Positions 46,004 through 55,672 are shown, numbered from the stretch's first letter. The stretch is 61,291 nucleotides of DNA from a bacterium (GCA_021842405.1 JAKBZR010000006.1:1-61291); one strand, 5' to 3'. A program made the numbers and translations. Notes: a model not told the origin generated them from the sequence alone.

Positions 46004-46098
46004 CCCCAATAATCTCAGCTCAGGCTCGCGCCGCGAACCCATAACCCGGCGATGAGCGCACCCATTCCAGTGCTCAATACCGGATTACAACCGATTCC

Positions 46099-46422
46099 TC
46101 ACGTTCCGCCCAGATGAATGACCAGCAGATGATAACCGTATCCCAGCGATCCGCCGACCAATGTCCACAGCACCGCCCGCGTATGAAAGTAAGCCGGCCC
46201 CTCTTCGTAAACCGTTGCGGTGGAAATCCGAAAGCGGCGTCCCTCGATCTTTCCACTGATCTCACCGGCACCCAATCTCAGGTGGCGGTGTCGGGCGCCC
46301 AGAGTTCGAGCCGCGCGATCCCACTGAGCGACGATGTAGCACCGATACCCAATCGTCACCGCAGCTCCTAATCCCAGGATCAGGATAAGCAGTATCAGCA
46401 GCATAGCGATCCCCGATCGCAA
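46099..46422 (-). CDS. Hypothetical small membrane protein
   Basis: The 107-aa ORF has an N-terminal TM helix (MLLILLILILGLGAAV). No homology was recognised. Confidence 0.45.
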   Translation of the reverse strand: MRSGIAMLLILLILILGLGAAVTIGYRCYIVAQWDRAARTLGARHRHLRLGAGEISGKIEGRRFRISTATVYEEGPAYFHTRAVLWTLVGGSLGYGYHLLVIHLGGT

Positions 46423-46457
46423 TCCGAAGTAAAATCAAAGAACCGATGATTGATCCT

Positions 46458-47312
46458 TTATCTCTCGCTGGGGTGGTTAACGGGAAAACCCAGATCCCAT
46501 TGATTGAGAAGGGAAAACTGGTGTTGAGCCGTCATATCCAGTTGAAGTGGTGTAATTGAAATCCAGTGGTGAAGAACCGCATAGATGTCGGAATCGGCAT
46601 CGCTTTCGTCATCCTGGATATTGCCGCAAATCCAATAGTAAGGACGTCCCCAGGGATCAACCCTTGCATCAACCCGATCCACGTACCGCCGCTTTCCCTG
46701 ATGGGTGAGCGATATCCCATTGATCTGATCAGCCGGAAGCGCCGGAACGTTCACGTTCAACAACAAGCCGTTGAAACCGGCGCGATGTTCCAATTGTTTC
46801 GGTGGCACGCGGTTCTCCACGATCTGTTCGGCCAAACGAACTGCGAAATCGGCCGCTAATGAGAAGCTCCCCGCATCGAGCGGAGCCGAATCGGACAGCG
46901 AAACCACCGAAATCGCGAAAGAGGGCGCCCCTAAAATTGCGCCTTCTATCGCGGCTGAAACGGTACCGCTGTAAGATAGATCCCAGCCCAAATTGGGACC
47001 GGCATTGATACCCGATATAACGATGTCGGCCTCTGCCTGCAATAAAACCTCGAAGCCCAGCGTTACGCAATCCGATGGCGTGCCGTTTGAGCAGTAAGCC
47101 GGCCGGCCGCTCGATAGCTTTGCCTCTTCGATACGCAATGGCTTATGAAGTGTGATCGAGTGGCCGGATGCGCTGCGCGGACGCTCCGGCGCGATGATTA
47201 CAATCTCGTCGGTGGAATCGCCTCGACCCTGAATTTTTTTATCCAACGCTTCACTGAGGGCGGCCAATCCCGGTGATGCAACTCCATCATCATTGGTGAC
47301 CAGTATCTTCAC
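46458..47312 (-). CDS. surE: 5'/3'-nucleotidase SurE
   Basis: It has MKILVTNDDGVASPGLAAL, GINAGPNLG and YSGTVSAA motifs. Confidence 0.93.
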   Translation of the reverse strand: MKILVTNDDGVASPGLAALSEALDKKIQGRGDSTDEIVIIAPERPRSASGHSITLHKPLRIEEAKLSSGRPAYCSNGTPSDCVTLGFEVLLQAEADIVISGINAGPNLGWDLSYSGTVSAAIEGAILGAPSFAISVVSLSDSAPLDAGSFSLAADFAVRLAEQIVENRVPPKQLEHRAGFNGLLLNVNVPALPADQINGISLTHQGKRRYVDRVDARVDPWGRPYYWICGNIQDDESDADSDIYAVLHHWISITPLQLDMTAQHQFSLLNQWDLGFPVNHPSER

Positions 47313-47354
47313 TTTTGATCGCTCCGTAGATGTCTCTCCATACGAATCGGCTTT

Positions 47355-48629
47355 CTATGCGGCGGTCTCGGGGTCGGTATATCGCTGCGATCTCATTTGT
47401 CGGTGGTGCTTGCGGTAGTCGCGGAGTAAAATTAGCTGAAGCGTTCCACCGATCAGGATCATGGCAAAGCAGACCCAAAAGGTGCGAAGGTAGCCGATTG
47501 TCAGCATCAGCGGGACGGCCACCATGGGCGCAGCCGTTCCTCGTATGCCGAAGGCGCTAGAGTGCACCGACTGATATTGCGATGCCCGTCCCTCGTCGGA
47601 AAATAAGATAATCGAGTTGATATAACCAACATCAATTCCGGAAAAGGCGATGCCGCCGGCCGCTGAAGCGATGTAAAGCCACCGCACATCACCGGCTAAA
47701 ATGTAGACGATCGGCTGGATCGCCACTAGTGTCATCGCCAGTACAACCGCCGCCAGCGGTCCCTTGCGGTCAATATAGTGACCCCATACTATGTAGCTGA
47801 TAATCATTAAAATTGCGGTGATGTTTTGCATATTCGCCACCACCGTATTGGTGATGTTGAAATGATCCACCTGATAGATCGGGTACAGGGTCTGCGCGAT
47901 GAGATTTCCAAAGCCGTAGATAAAAATCGAGGCGGTAAACCAGCGAAATCCTACATTTCTCCGCAATATGTTCAAGGTATCCAGTAGAAATGCTTTTAGG
48001 CTTGGTAGCGGCTCGTCGGAACGATGAACCTTCACCATCGAGATGCGGCTGAAGCAGATTGCGCTGGCGGCACCGAAAGCACCGCCCACCGTAAACGCGG
48101 TATGAAAATTAAGTCCACGATCCAGCAATCGGCCGACGATCAACGCGGTAATCAAAGTGGCGGTTTGAGCCAGCACTCTCGTCGCGCTCATCAGTCGCCC
48201 GCGCCACTGCTCCGGATAGATATCTTGAATAACGGCGGTGTAGGCCGGCGCTGAAATAGAAAAGACGATCGGCGTGGTGCAGGCCAACACAACGTAGATA
48301 TTGCGGGATATGATCAGCGGCGAAAAGATGAAGATGCCACGGGCCACCAACCAAGTCACGTATACGAACGGCAGCTTAGACCGCCCCTCCATTATTCGGG
48401 CCCAAACGGCGGAGAAAAGATAGCCGAATGCCCCCGCCGAAGTCATCAAACCGATCTGAAAGCTTGAGACGTGCAGATTGGCCCGCGCGATCCGCATAAC
48501 GAAGGTCCAGATCAGCCCCTGGTAGATTCCGGCCGTTATCCCGGAGCTAGCGTCCCAGAACCATGCCTTGCGCACGCTGGTTGGTAAGACGCTGAGAAAA
48601 TCACTGTAACGCCTGACGTATTTCAACAC
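47355..48629 (-). CDS. MFS transporter
   Basis: It has about 12 TM helices and an MFS loop motif region (GRLLDRG). The GTG start directly abuts the upstream stop. Confidence 0.85.
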   Translation of the reverse strand: MLKYVRRYSDFLSVLPTSVRKAWFWDASSGITAGIYQGLIWTFVMRIARANLHVSSFQIGLMTSAGAFGYLFSAVWARIMEGRSKLPFVYVTWLVARGIFIFSPLIISRNIYVVLACTTPIVFSISAPAYTAVIQDIYPEQWRGRLMSATRVLAQTATLITALIVGRLLDRGLNFHTAFTVGGAFGAASAICFSRISMVKVHRSDEPLPSLKAFLLDTLNILRRNVGFRWFTASIFIYGFGNLIAQTLYPIYQVDHFNITNTVVANMQNITAILMIISYIVWGHYIDRKGPLAAVVLAMTLVAIQPIVYILAGDVRWLYIASAAGGIAFSGIDVGYINSIILFSDEGRASQYQSVHSSAFGIRGTAAPMVAVPLMLTIGYLRTFWVCFAMILIGGTLQLILLRDYRKHHRQMRSQRYTDPETAA

Positions 48630-49472
48630 CTAGACATCACGCCTCTGAAATAGGAGGGCGGCAATAACGATCGTGCCGACGATATAGATGAAGATATAGA
48701 CCAAACCGGAGAGGGTGGCGGCAGGAGGGTTCAGACCGGCCAGTTGATAGCGATAATCCATCATCTGCTGCTGCATTGAGGTAAATGGGGACCGCACGGC
48801 CGGCCCGATGGCTCGATCCACCCAGAGCGACATTTGGGTCATCGGGATCAAGTATCCGATGATACGACTGACCGTCATAAAGACATGTTCTTTCGTGAAA
48901 AGATAAAGCTGCCTTAACACCGGATCGGCCCAAGCCGTGCCGGCCAACACCAGCGAGAGCCCCGCCGCCAGCGCGCCGGTCGCAAAGGTCGAGAAGCAGA
49001 TCGTCAATGAGATAAACAGCACCGGATAGAACGTGATGGCCAAGCCGGCGCGAATGATGGTCGGATACGAATGCTGGGTCTGAATATAGATGCTCAGCCA
49101 GATCAGAGCACACCAGAACATAACGCTGAGGAGCAGTAAAAAATTGAGACCCACCCATTTGCCCAACAGCACTCGTAGGCGGGATATCGGCTTCGGCATA
49201 ATAACGGCCAGTGTCCCTCGTTCGATCTCGCCTGAAATCGTGTTGGCCGTCAACGCGATCGCGACTACTGAAGCAAAAAATTTCAACATCCCAATCATCA
49301 TCTGAACCATAATGGCGACCTTATCGTTTTCGTGCAACCTCATAAAGTCTGAGCCATGCAAATAGATGGGAAGCAATGAGAGGAGCCAGAAAATGAAGCC
49401 GATCACGATCGCCATCAAATAGATGCGGCGGCGTAGCGCTTCTCGAATCGTGAGACCCGCGATAATCAACAT
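48630..49472 (-). CDS. ABC-2 family transporter permease-like membrane protein (no ATPase partner in the window)
   Basis: It has IREALRRRIYL at the N-terminus, SGEIERGTLAVIMPKPISR and 6 TM helices. Confidence 0.7.
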   Translation of the reverse strand: MLIIAGLTIREALRRRIYLMAIVIGFIFWLLSLLPIYLHGSDFMRLHENDKVAIMVQMMIGMLKFFASVVAIALTANTISGEIERGTLAVIMPKPISRLRVLLGKWVGLNFLLLLSVMFWCALIWLSIYIQTQHSYPTIIRAGLAITFYPVLFISLTICFSTFATGALAAGLSLVLAGTAWADPVLRQLYLFTKEHVFMTVSRIIGYLIPMTQMSLWVDRAIGPAVRSPFTSMQQQMMDYRYQLAGLNPPAATLSGLVYIFIYIVGTIVIAALLFQRRDV

Positions 49473-49563
49473 TTCGACATTCCCAAAATCTTCACCTTAA
49501 CCGCAAAACAACCTCCCCCTTCATCTGGATTAAAGTTTAGCACACTTTGAAACCGGCACCGAT

Positions 49564-49579
49564 TGTGATAATAATCACA
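49564..49579. promoter_or_regulatory. CRP/FNR-type palindrome TGTGA-N6-TCACA
   Basis: TGTGATAATAATCACA lies in the divergent intergenic region between the permease-MFS-surE genes (minus strand) and the IscA-type gene (plus strand). Confidence 0.5.
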
Positions 49580-49600
49580 TACCCACTACTCGGACAGCCC

Positions 49601-49629
49601 TTCCCATTTGCTTGAAATTAAGCTATACT
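49601..49629 (+). promoter_or_regulatory. Weak sigma70-type promoter candidate for the IscA-type gene
   Basis: TTCCCA, a 17-nt spacer, then TATACT. The -10 element lies about 39 nt upstream of the ATG. Confidence 0.35.
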
Positions 49630-49667
49630 AAACATATTATTGGAGATGCTTTTCGGGAGAGATTCAA

Positions 49668-50042
49668 ATGTCAAACGTTTCTGGTATTGCACTGACCCCC
49701 TCCGCATCGGAACGGGTCAAATACCTAATGGAGAAGCAGGGGAATCCCGGCCTCTATCTCAGAGTGGGCGTTCGAGGCGGCGGCTGTTCCGGATTCACCT
49801 ATACCCTCAATCTGGAGCCAACTCCTCGTGAAAACGACATATACTTTGAAATAGATGGTATAAATATCATTGTGGATCCGAAAAGCCTGTCGTTTATTGA
49901 GGGAACCACCATTGATTATCGTCTGAATTCGCTGCTAAGCGGGGGCTTTGCATTTCAAAATCCTAATGCGGCCAAGACCTGCGGCTGCGGATCCTCTTTC
50001 CAGCCGACCGACCGTGAATTAAAAGCCCAGACAACGAAATAG
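49668..50042 (+). CDS. HesB/IscA/ErpA family iron-sulfur cluster insertion protein
   Basis: It has LRVGVRGGGCSGFTY and a C-terminal CGCGSSF. Confidence 0.92.
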   Translation: MSNVSGIALTPSASERVKYLMEKQGNPGLYLRVGVRGGGCSGFTYTLNLEPTPRENDIYFEIDGINIIVDPKSLSFIEGTTIDYRLNSLLSGGFAFQNPNAAKTCGCGSSFQPTDRELKAQTTK

Positions 50043-50077
50043 CCAGGTGGCCTCGCATTACCGGGAGGAGGCTTACG

Positions 50078-50998
50078 ATGAAGATATTGGTGACCGGTGG
50101 AACCGGATTCGTCGGTTCTCATACGGTAAAGAAGCTGGTTGAGGCCGGGCACTCCGTTCGAGTTTTGGCTCGATCGGAGCGCTCTGTTTCCAAGCTCAAC
50201 CTCAACGGAGTTGAGCTCGCTTCCGGCGACGTGACGACCTCCGATTCGCTGCCGCCCGCACTCAATGGGATTGAAGCGGTGATCCATTGCGTTGGGATCA
50301 TCGTGGAGCCGCGCGGCGTCACCTTTGAGAAAGTGGTGGCGGAGGGCACCCTATCACTGGTAAATGCGGCGGTGGAGGCCCATGTTTCGCACTTCATCTA
50401 CATCAGCGCGCTGGGAACCCGACCCGGCGCGGCGGCCCGCTACCATCAAACGAAATGGGAGGCCGAAGAGACGATCCGAAAATCGGGACTCGCCTACACC
50501 ATATTACGCCCCTCCATCATCTTTGGCCCAGAGGATAGGTTCATCAACTTTTTCCTCAAGTTCCCGGTCATCGTGCTGCCGGGCGGCGGTCGAGGGCGAT
50601 TTCAACCCATTTTCGTGGATGATCTGGCCCGGATCGTGCTCCTTTCACTCACCACGCCGGAATCGCGTAATGCAACCCTTGACGCGGGCGGCCCGCAGCA
50701 ACTGACCTACCGTGAGATGATGACGATCGCATTGAAAGTTTCCAATCAGCGAAAGCCGATGGCGCCGGCGCCCATGGCCTTTATGAAACTTTTGGCGATC
50801 CTGCACGACCCATTTCAACGAATTTATCTTCCGCTCGCCCTCTTCACCCACGAGCAGTACCTTATGATGCAAGAAGACAACGTTGGCGACAACGCGCTAC
50901 TCTTGAAAACCTTTCCCAACCTGCAGCTCACGACGCTGGAAGAGGGACTGCGCACCTATCTGAGCCATAAATCGAGGGTGGCTCCATCACCCGCTTGA
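50078..50998 (+). CDS. NAD(P)H-binding SDR-superfamily protein (NDUFA9/NmrA-like, atypical SDR)
   Basis: It has MKILVTGGTGFVGSH at the N-terminus and a YHQTK region. Length is about 300 aa. Confidence 0.85.
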   Translation: MKILVTGGTGFVGSHTVKKLVEAGHSVRVLARSERSVSKLNLNGVELASGDVTTSDSLPPALNGIEAVIHCVGIIVEPRGVTFEKVVAEGTLSLVNAAVEAHVSHFIYISALGTRPGAAARYHQTKWEAEETIRKSGLAYTILRPSIIFGPEDRFINFFLKFPVIVLPGGGRGRFQPIFVDDLARIVLLSLTTPESRNATLDAGGPQQLTYREMMTIALKVSNQRKPMAPAPMAFMKLLAILHDPFQRIYLPLALFTHEQYLMMQEDNVGDNALLLKTFPNLQLTTLEEGLRTYLSHKSRVAPSPA

Positions 50999-51450
50999 AG
51001 GAGATTTCAGCCTTATACCCATCACTCGTATCTTTTTAGGCCGCATTTTGAGGTATTCTTTAATCAGATTAGGTCGAAATGGCAGTCAGCTTAGAAAGAT
51101 TTGTTAGTAAAGCCCTCGGCGGTGACACCATTGCGGGTCCGGAGTAACCATGTAGGTTTTAATTTCAGGTACAGCCTTACGGTTGAGCTTAACCGCAATG
51201 GCCGGAGGGAGCATTCTCCTCTCGTTGTGTTCAATTGGACCAATTCAGTAACCCGTTTTACCTCAGTATTCGAACTACCCAAAATCCCTCCTCACCCTAT
51301 CACCGCTGACGAAACGTTACGCCATTGAGGGCACCGCGCTCATAGTATGATTCAGGTGGATACTTTGGCGCCGATTGGGCTGACCGCCGGGCAAACAAGC
51401 CGATCAATTGCATTACCTAAGACCGCACCTGTAAAATGGAGGATGACCGT

Positions 51451-52221
51451 ATGGCCTTAAACACCGCCCAATCAAAGGAAGCCGGGCGCGTCCCTTTGCC
51501 GATCAACAGCCGCAAAGACACCTGGTGGATCAAGCCCCTGCTCGTATTTTTAGGATTAAGCACTTTCGGAATTTACGCCACCTGGCGAGCCTTCGAGAAT
51601 CGGTACTATTCATGGGGGCCTTACCTCTCGCCCTTCTACTCGCCGTTTCTAGTGATCCACATCGGTCATTTTGCCATCTCGCCGGCGCTCCTCATCCTGC
51701 CTTTCCCGTTGATTTTCCGGATGACTTGCTACTACTACCGGGGAGCCTATTATCGGGCTTTTTTCTGGGATCCGCCGGCATGCGCGGTTGAGGAGCCGGC
51801 CGCTCGCAAACAATACACCGGCGAGAGCCGCTTCCCATTCACCATCCAAAACCTGCATCGCTTCGCTTTTTACATTGCGGTCATCTTCATCGCGATCCTA
51901 GCCGCCGACGCCATCATCGCCTTCGATTTCAACGGCCACTTCGGTATGGGCTTGGGCACCTTAATTATGGTGGTTAATGTTTTGCTGTTAAGCTTTTACA
52001 CCTTTTCATGCCACTCATTCCGGCATCTCATCGGAGGCGCGCTAAACTGTTACTCTTGCAGTCGGAGCGGAAAGACCCGGTTTCGGATATGGCAGCGGAT
52101 AAGCCTTGCCAATGAGCGGCACATGCTATTCGCCTGGCTCAGCCTATTTACAGTTGGGTTCACCGATCTCTACATTCGGCTCGTATCCGCCGGCATAATC
52201 CACGATGTGAGGTTCTTCTAA
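51451..52221 (+). CDS. Putative succinate dehydrogenase membrane anchor (single large polytopic subunit)
   Basis: It has about 5 TM helices with conserved His residues and sits immediately upstream of sdhA (TAATG overlap). The ATG at 51451 is preceded by GGAGGA. The function is assigned from position only. Confidence 0.55.
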   Translation: MALNTAQSKEAGRVPLPINSRKDTWWIKPLLVFLGLSTFGIYATWRAFENRYYSWGPYLSPFYSPFLVIHIGHFAISPALLILPFPLIFRMTCYYYRGAYYRAFFWDPPACAVEEPAARKQYTGESRFPFTIQNLHRFAFYIAVIFIAILAADAIIAFDFNGHFGMGLGTLIMVVNVLLLSFYTFSCHSFRHLIGGALNCYSCSRSGKTRFRIWQRISLANERHMLFAWLSLFTVGFTDLYIRLVSAGIIHDVRFF

Positions 52222-54020
52222 TGACCGAAAACTACGATCTTTTCGAACACGATGTGTTGGTTATCGGAGCGGGCGGCGCTGGCCTACGAGCGGTTATCTC
52301 AGCATCGCAGGCCGGGCTGAACGTTGGCTTGGTGTGTAAATCGTTATTGGGAAAGGCCCACACCGTTATGGCCGAAGGCGGCGTGGCGGGCGCATTGGGA
52401 AACCTGGATAAAAAGGACTGTTGGGAAGTCCACTTTAAAGATACGATGAAGGGCGGCCAATTCATCAACAACTGGCGCATCGTTGAGATATTTGCCAAGG
52501 AGGCGCCCGAGCGGGTCTTGGAGCTGGAACAGTGGGGCGCCGTCTTCGATCGGACGCCGGATGGATTGATCTTGCAGCGCCCGTTCGGCGGTCATACCTA
52601 TCGGCGACTCAGCCACGTCGGCGACCGCACCGGGTTGGAGATCATCCGCACCCTGCAGGATAAGGCGGTTTCATGCGGCATAAAAACCTACATGGAGGTA
52701 ACCTTTACCCGGCTGCTCAAGGACGGCGATCGGGTGGTGGGCGCTATCGGTTACTACCGGCCAAGCGGGAAATTTATTGCGATCAAGGCAAAGGCGGTGG
52801 TGCTGGCAACCGGCGGCTGGGGCCGAATGTTTAAGGTCACCTCCAACTCGTGGGAATCGACCGGTGATGGAGTGATGATGGCCTACGAAGCGGGGGCTGA
52901 GCTTCTCGACATGGAGATGGTTCAGTTTCACCCGACCGGCATGGTTTGGCCACCCGGCGTGCGAGGGCTGCTGGTAACGGAGGGGGTACGGGGTGACGGC
53001 GGTATCCTGAGGAACAGCAAGGGCGAACGGTTTATGTTCAAACCGGAGTACATGCCCGAAATGTACAGGGGTCAGTACGCGGAGACGGAGGAGGAGGCGC
53101 ACCGCTGGCTGGAAGATAAAGACAATAACCGTCGGCCACCGGAACTGCTCCCGCGAGATGTGGTGGCCCGCTCCATTTACAAAGAGGTGCTGGCCGGCCG
53201 AGGCTCGGAACACGGAGGGGTCTACCTGGATATCACCCATCGCGGCGCCGACTTCATCAGGCGCAAGCTTCCCAGTATGTACGATCAATTTTATGCGCTT
53301 GGAGGAGTGGATATCACCAAGCAGCCGATGGAGGTCTACCCCACCATTCACTACACAATGGGCGGGATTCGCACGGAGCCGGAATCTTGTGCGACGACCG
53401 TGCCAGGACTCTACGCAGCCGGCGAAGTGGCGGCCGGACTACATGGCGCCAACCGATTGGGCGGCAACTCGCTGAGCGATATACTGGTGTTCGGCCGCCG
53501 AGCCGGAGACGGCGCGGCCGAATTCGCGAAGGCGGCAAGCCACGGCAGCCTGGATGAGCGGCAGATCGAAGAGGAGATGAGCTTAATGCTGGCGCCGTTC
53601 ACGTGCGAGGGGAAGGAAAATCCTTACCGTTTGACCCAGGAGCTCCAGGAAGCGATGCAAGAGGGAGCAATGATCGCCCGAAATGAAGAGGGGCTGTCCA
53701 AGTGCTTGCAGACAATCCTCTCCTTACAAGAGCGCGCCAAAAACCTGCACGTGGATGGAGCGCGGGAGTACAATCCGGGCTGGCACACCGCCCGTGACAT
53801 ACGATATATGTTGAAGACTTCGGAGGTCATCGTCCGCTGCGCACTGGAGCGTAAGGAGAGCCGCGGTGCCCAATGGAGAACCGATTATCCGGATCGAGAT
53901 CCCGAATGGGGCAAAAAAAACTTGATTGCCGGTAAAGAGGGTGATCAGGTTAAAGTTTCAACGCGGCCGATGTCGGAGATGCCGCCGGAGCTGGCAAAGC
54001 TATTTGAGGAGGGCAAATAG
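52221..54020 (+). CDS. sdhA: Succinate dehydrogenase/fumarate reductase flavoprotein subunit
   Basis: It has DVLVIGAGGAGLRA, SLLGKAHTVMAEGG and the HYTMGG and RLGGNSL motifs. Confidence 0.93.
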   Translation: MTENYDLFEHDVLVIGAGGAGLRAVISASQAGLNVGLVCKSLLGKAHTVMAEGGVAGALGNLDKKDCWEVHFKDTMKGGQFINNWRIVEIFAKEAPERVLELEQWGAVFDRTPDGLILQRPFGGHTYRRLSHVGDRTGLEIIRTLQDKAVSCGIKTYMEVTFTRLLKDGDRVVGAIGYYRPSGKFIAIKAKAVVLATGGWGRMFKVTSNSWESTGDGVMMAYEAGAELLDMEMVQFHPTGMVWPPGVRGLLVTEGVRGDGGILRNSKGERFMFKPEYMPEMYRGQYAETEEEAHRWLEDKDNNRRPPELLPRDVVARSIYKEVLAGRGSEHGGVYLDITHRGADFIRRKLPSMYDQFYALGGVDITKQPMEVYPTIHYTMGGIRTEPESCATTVPGLYAAGEVAAGLHGANRLGGNSLSDILVFGRRAGDGAAEFAKAASHGSLDERQIEEEMSLMLAPFTCEGKENPYRLTQELQEAMQEGAMIARNEEGLSKCLQTILSLQERAKNLHVDGAREYNPGWHTARDIRYMLKTSEVIVRCALERKESRGAQWRTDYPDRDPEWGKKNLIAGKEGDQVKVSTRPMSEMPPELAKLFEEGK

Positions 54021-54776
54021 ATGGATAAGGTTATCCTGAAAGTATTCCGAGGGGATAGTAATGGCGGTACCGAGCAGGATTACGAGGTCCCGACCTTTGA
54101 AGGAATGGTGGTCTTGGATGCCATCCATTATATCCAGATCAACCTGGACAGCACCCTCGCCTGCCGCTGGAACTGCAAGGCAGCGAAATGCGGCTCCTGC
54201 AGCGCCGAGATCAACGGCGTACCCCGATTGATGTGCAAAACCCATGTCTCCGATATGGCCGCGAACGGCCGGCCCATCGTGGTGCACCCGCTGAAGACGT
54301 TTCCCGTCATTCGTGACCTGGTCACCGATGTAAGCTGGAATTACCGCAACTCCGAAAAAATCAAGCCCCTCCAACTCGCCCCCGATGCTCCGAAGCCGCT
54401 GGTTATGCAACAGATGGACGTGGATCGAATTCAAGAGTTTAGAAAGTGCATTGAGTGCTTTCTCTGCCAGACCGTCTGCCATATTTTAAGGAACCATAAC
54501 GTCAAGGAGCAGTTCTACGGTCCGCGGCAATTGATCAAGCTGGCGAACCTCGATATGCACCCTTACGATGCGCTCGACCGCCGAGAAATGATTCGTAAAG
54601 AGGCGGGCGTGGGGTTCTGTAATATCACCAAATGCTGCACCGAAGTCTGTCCCGAACATATCCATATCACCGACAACGGGATAATTCCGCTGAAAGAGCG
54701 GGTTGCGGACGAGTATTTCGATCCAATTCAGCATCTCATCCGCAAGCTGTCCGGCGCCGATAAGAAAAAGAAATAG
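54021..54776 (+). CDS. sdhB: Succinate dehydrogenase/fumarate reductase iron-sulfur subunit
   Basis: It has CRWNCKAAKCGSCSAEING (2Fe-2S), CIECFLCQTVC and CTEVCP clusters. Confidence 0.93.
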   Translation: MDKVILKVFRGDSNGGTEQDYEVPTFEGMVVLDAIHYIQINLDSTLACRWNCKAAKCGSCSAEINGVPRLMCKTHVSDMAANGRPIVVHPLKTFPVIRDLVTDVSWNYRNSEKIKPLQLAPDAPKPLVMQQMDVDRIQEFRKCIECFLCQTVCHILRNHNVKEQFYGPRQLIKLANLDMHPYDALDRREMIRKEAGVGFCNITKCCTEVCPEHIHITDNGIIPLKERVADEYFDPIQHLIRKLSGADKKKK

Positions 54777-54802
54777 CCTCCCCTAGAAATAATCGCAAAA
54801 AA

Positions 54803-54845
54803 GACCCCCTGTCCCTTCTTAAATTTCAGGAAGCGACAGGGGGTC
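54803..54845. terminator. Bidirectional hairpin between convergent genes
   Basis: GACCCCCTGTC / GACAGGGGGTC is a perfect 11-bp stem with a 21-nt loop. An A-run lies on one side and a weak T-run on the other. Confidence 0.5.
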
Positions 54846-54869
54846 TCACATTTACCTCTTACTTATCCT

Positions 54870-55574
54870 TCAAGCAAACCTGCGTATGAAGGGATTCTCA
54901 TTCTCCGGCTCCGGCGTTAATTTGCTGATCCGCTGTTGCCAGCGTGAGCGGGCGACTCGCCAAAGCTTAGGGGTACCGAGCGCCGCACCGATGCCCAATA
55001 TGAAGGCCACCACTCCACCAACGATACCGTTCCCACTGTCGGAGGATTTGGAAGCTGACGTTTTGGGGTCGAGCTGAGGGGTTGCAGCCGCCGCTACCGG
55101 CGTTTCCATCTCCATCTGCGCCTGTTGGAGCGAGGCGCCAACCGGATGGCTGGCCGCACGAAGCTGCTGCGCCCTTTGCTGGGCCGCAATGGCCATAGCA
55201 TGCTTTTTTAAAGCCTCTTGGTGGGCAGACGCGGAGCGCTGCGCAACATACGTGGCGCGCTGCTTCCCGTCAGTGTAGCCGGCTTGGTACGCATTCTCTT
55301 CGGCATAGTACCGCTCGCGCCGATGACGCGCATTGATCGCGTCCTGATAACGCTTGTAAGCGTATAGGGTGGCGGCCGCACCCATAAAGGCCGGGACCTT
55401 GCTGCCGCGCTGCGTGAACAGATAACCGGTCAACGCACCTAAACCGATCGCGGTGTTTCTACGTCCCGCTTCGCTGGCGATGCTCTTCATGGGAAACAAC
55501 ATGATGCTGCTTAAAAACAGCATCGCCATAATCCCGCTCAATCGTCTATGTTCAAGTTTCATCGTTATATCCAT
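54870..55574 (-). CDS. Hypothetical exported/membrane protein with glycine-zipper segments
   Basis: It has a signal-like N-terminus, GLGALTG and GGVVAFILGIGAALG segments, and a central Gln/Ala/Arg-rich helical region. Confidence 0.55.
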   Translation of the reverse strand: MDITMKLEHRRLSGIMAMLFLSSIMLFPMKSIASEAGRRNTAIGLGALTGYLFTQRGSKVPAFMGAAATLYAYKRYQDAINARHRRERYYAEENAYQAGYTDGKQRATYVAQRSASAHQEALKKHAMAIAAQQRAQQLRAASHPVGASLQQAQMEMETPVAAAATPQLDPKTSASKSSDSGNGIVGGVVAFILGIGAALGTPKLWRVARSRWQQRISKLTPEPENENPFIRRFA

Positions 55575-55672
55575 CCTTACCGTATTTTGGTGGATCCTTC
55601 AACTTAGAAACCGCTTTCGAGCTCCACAATTTAAGAACGCATGGTTTTGTCAATTGTGACGATGTTTACGCT

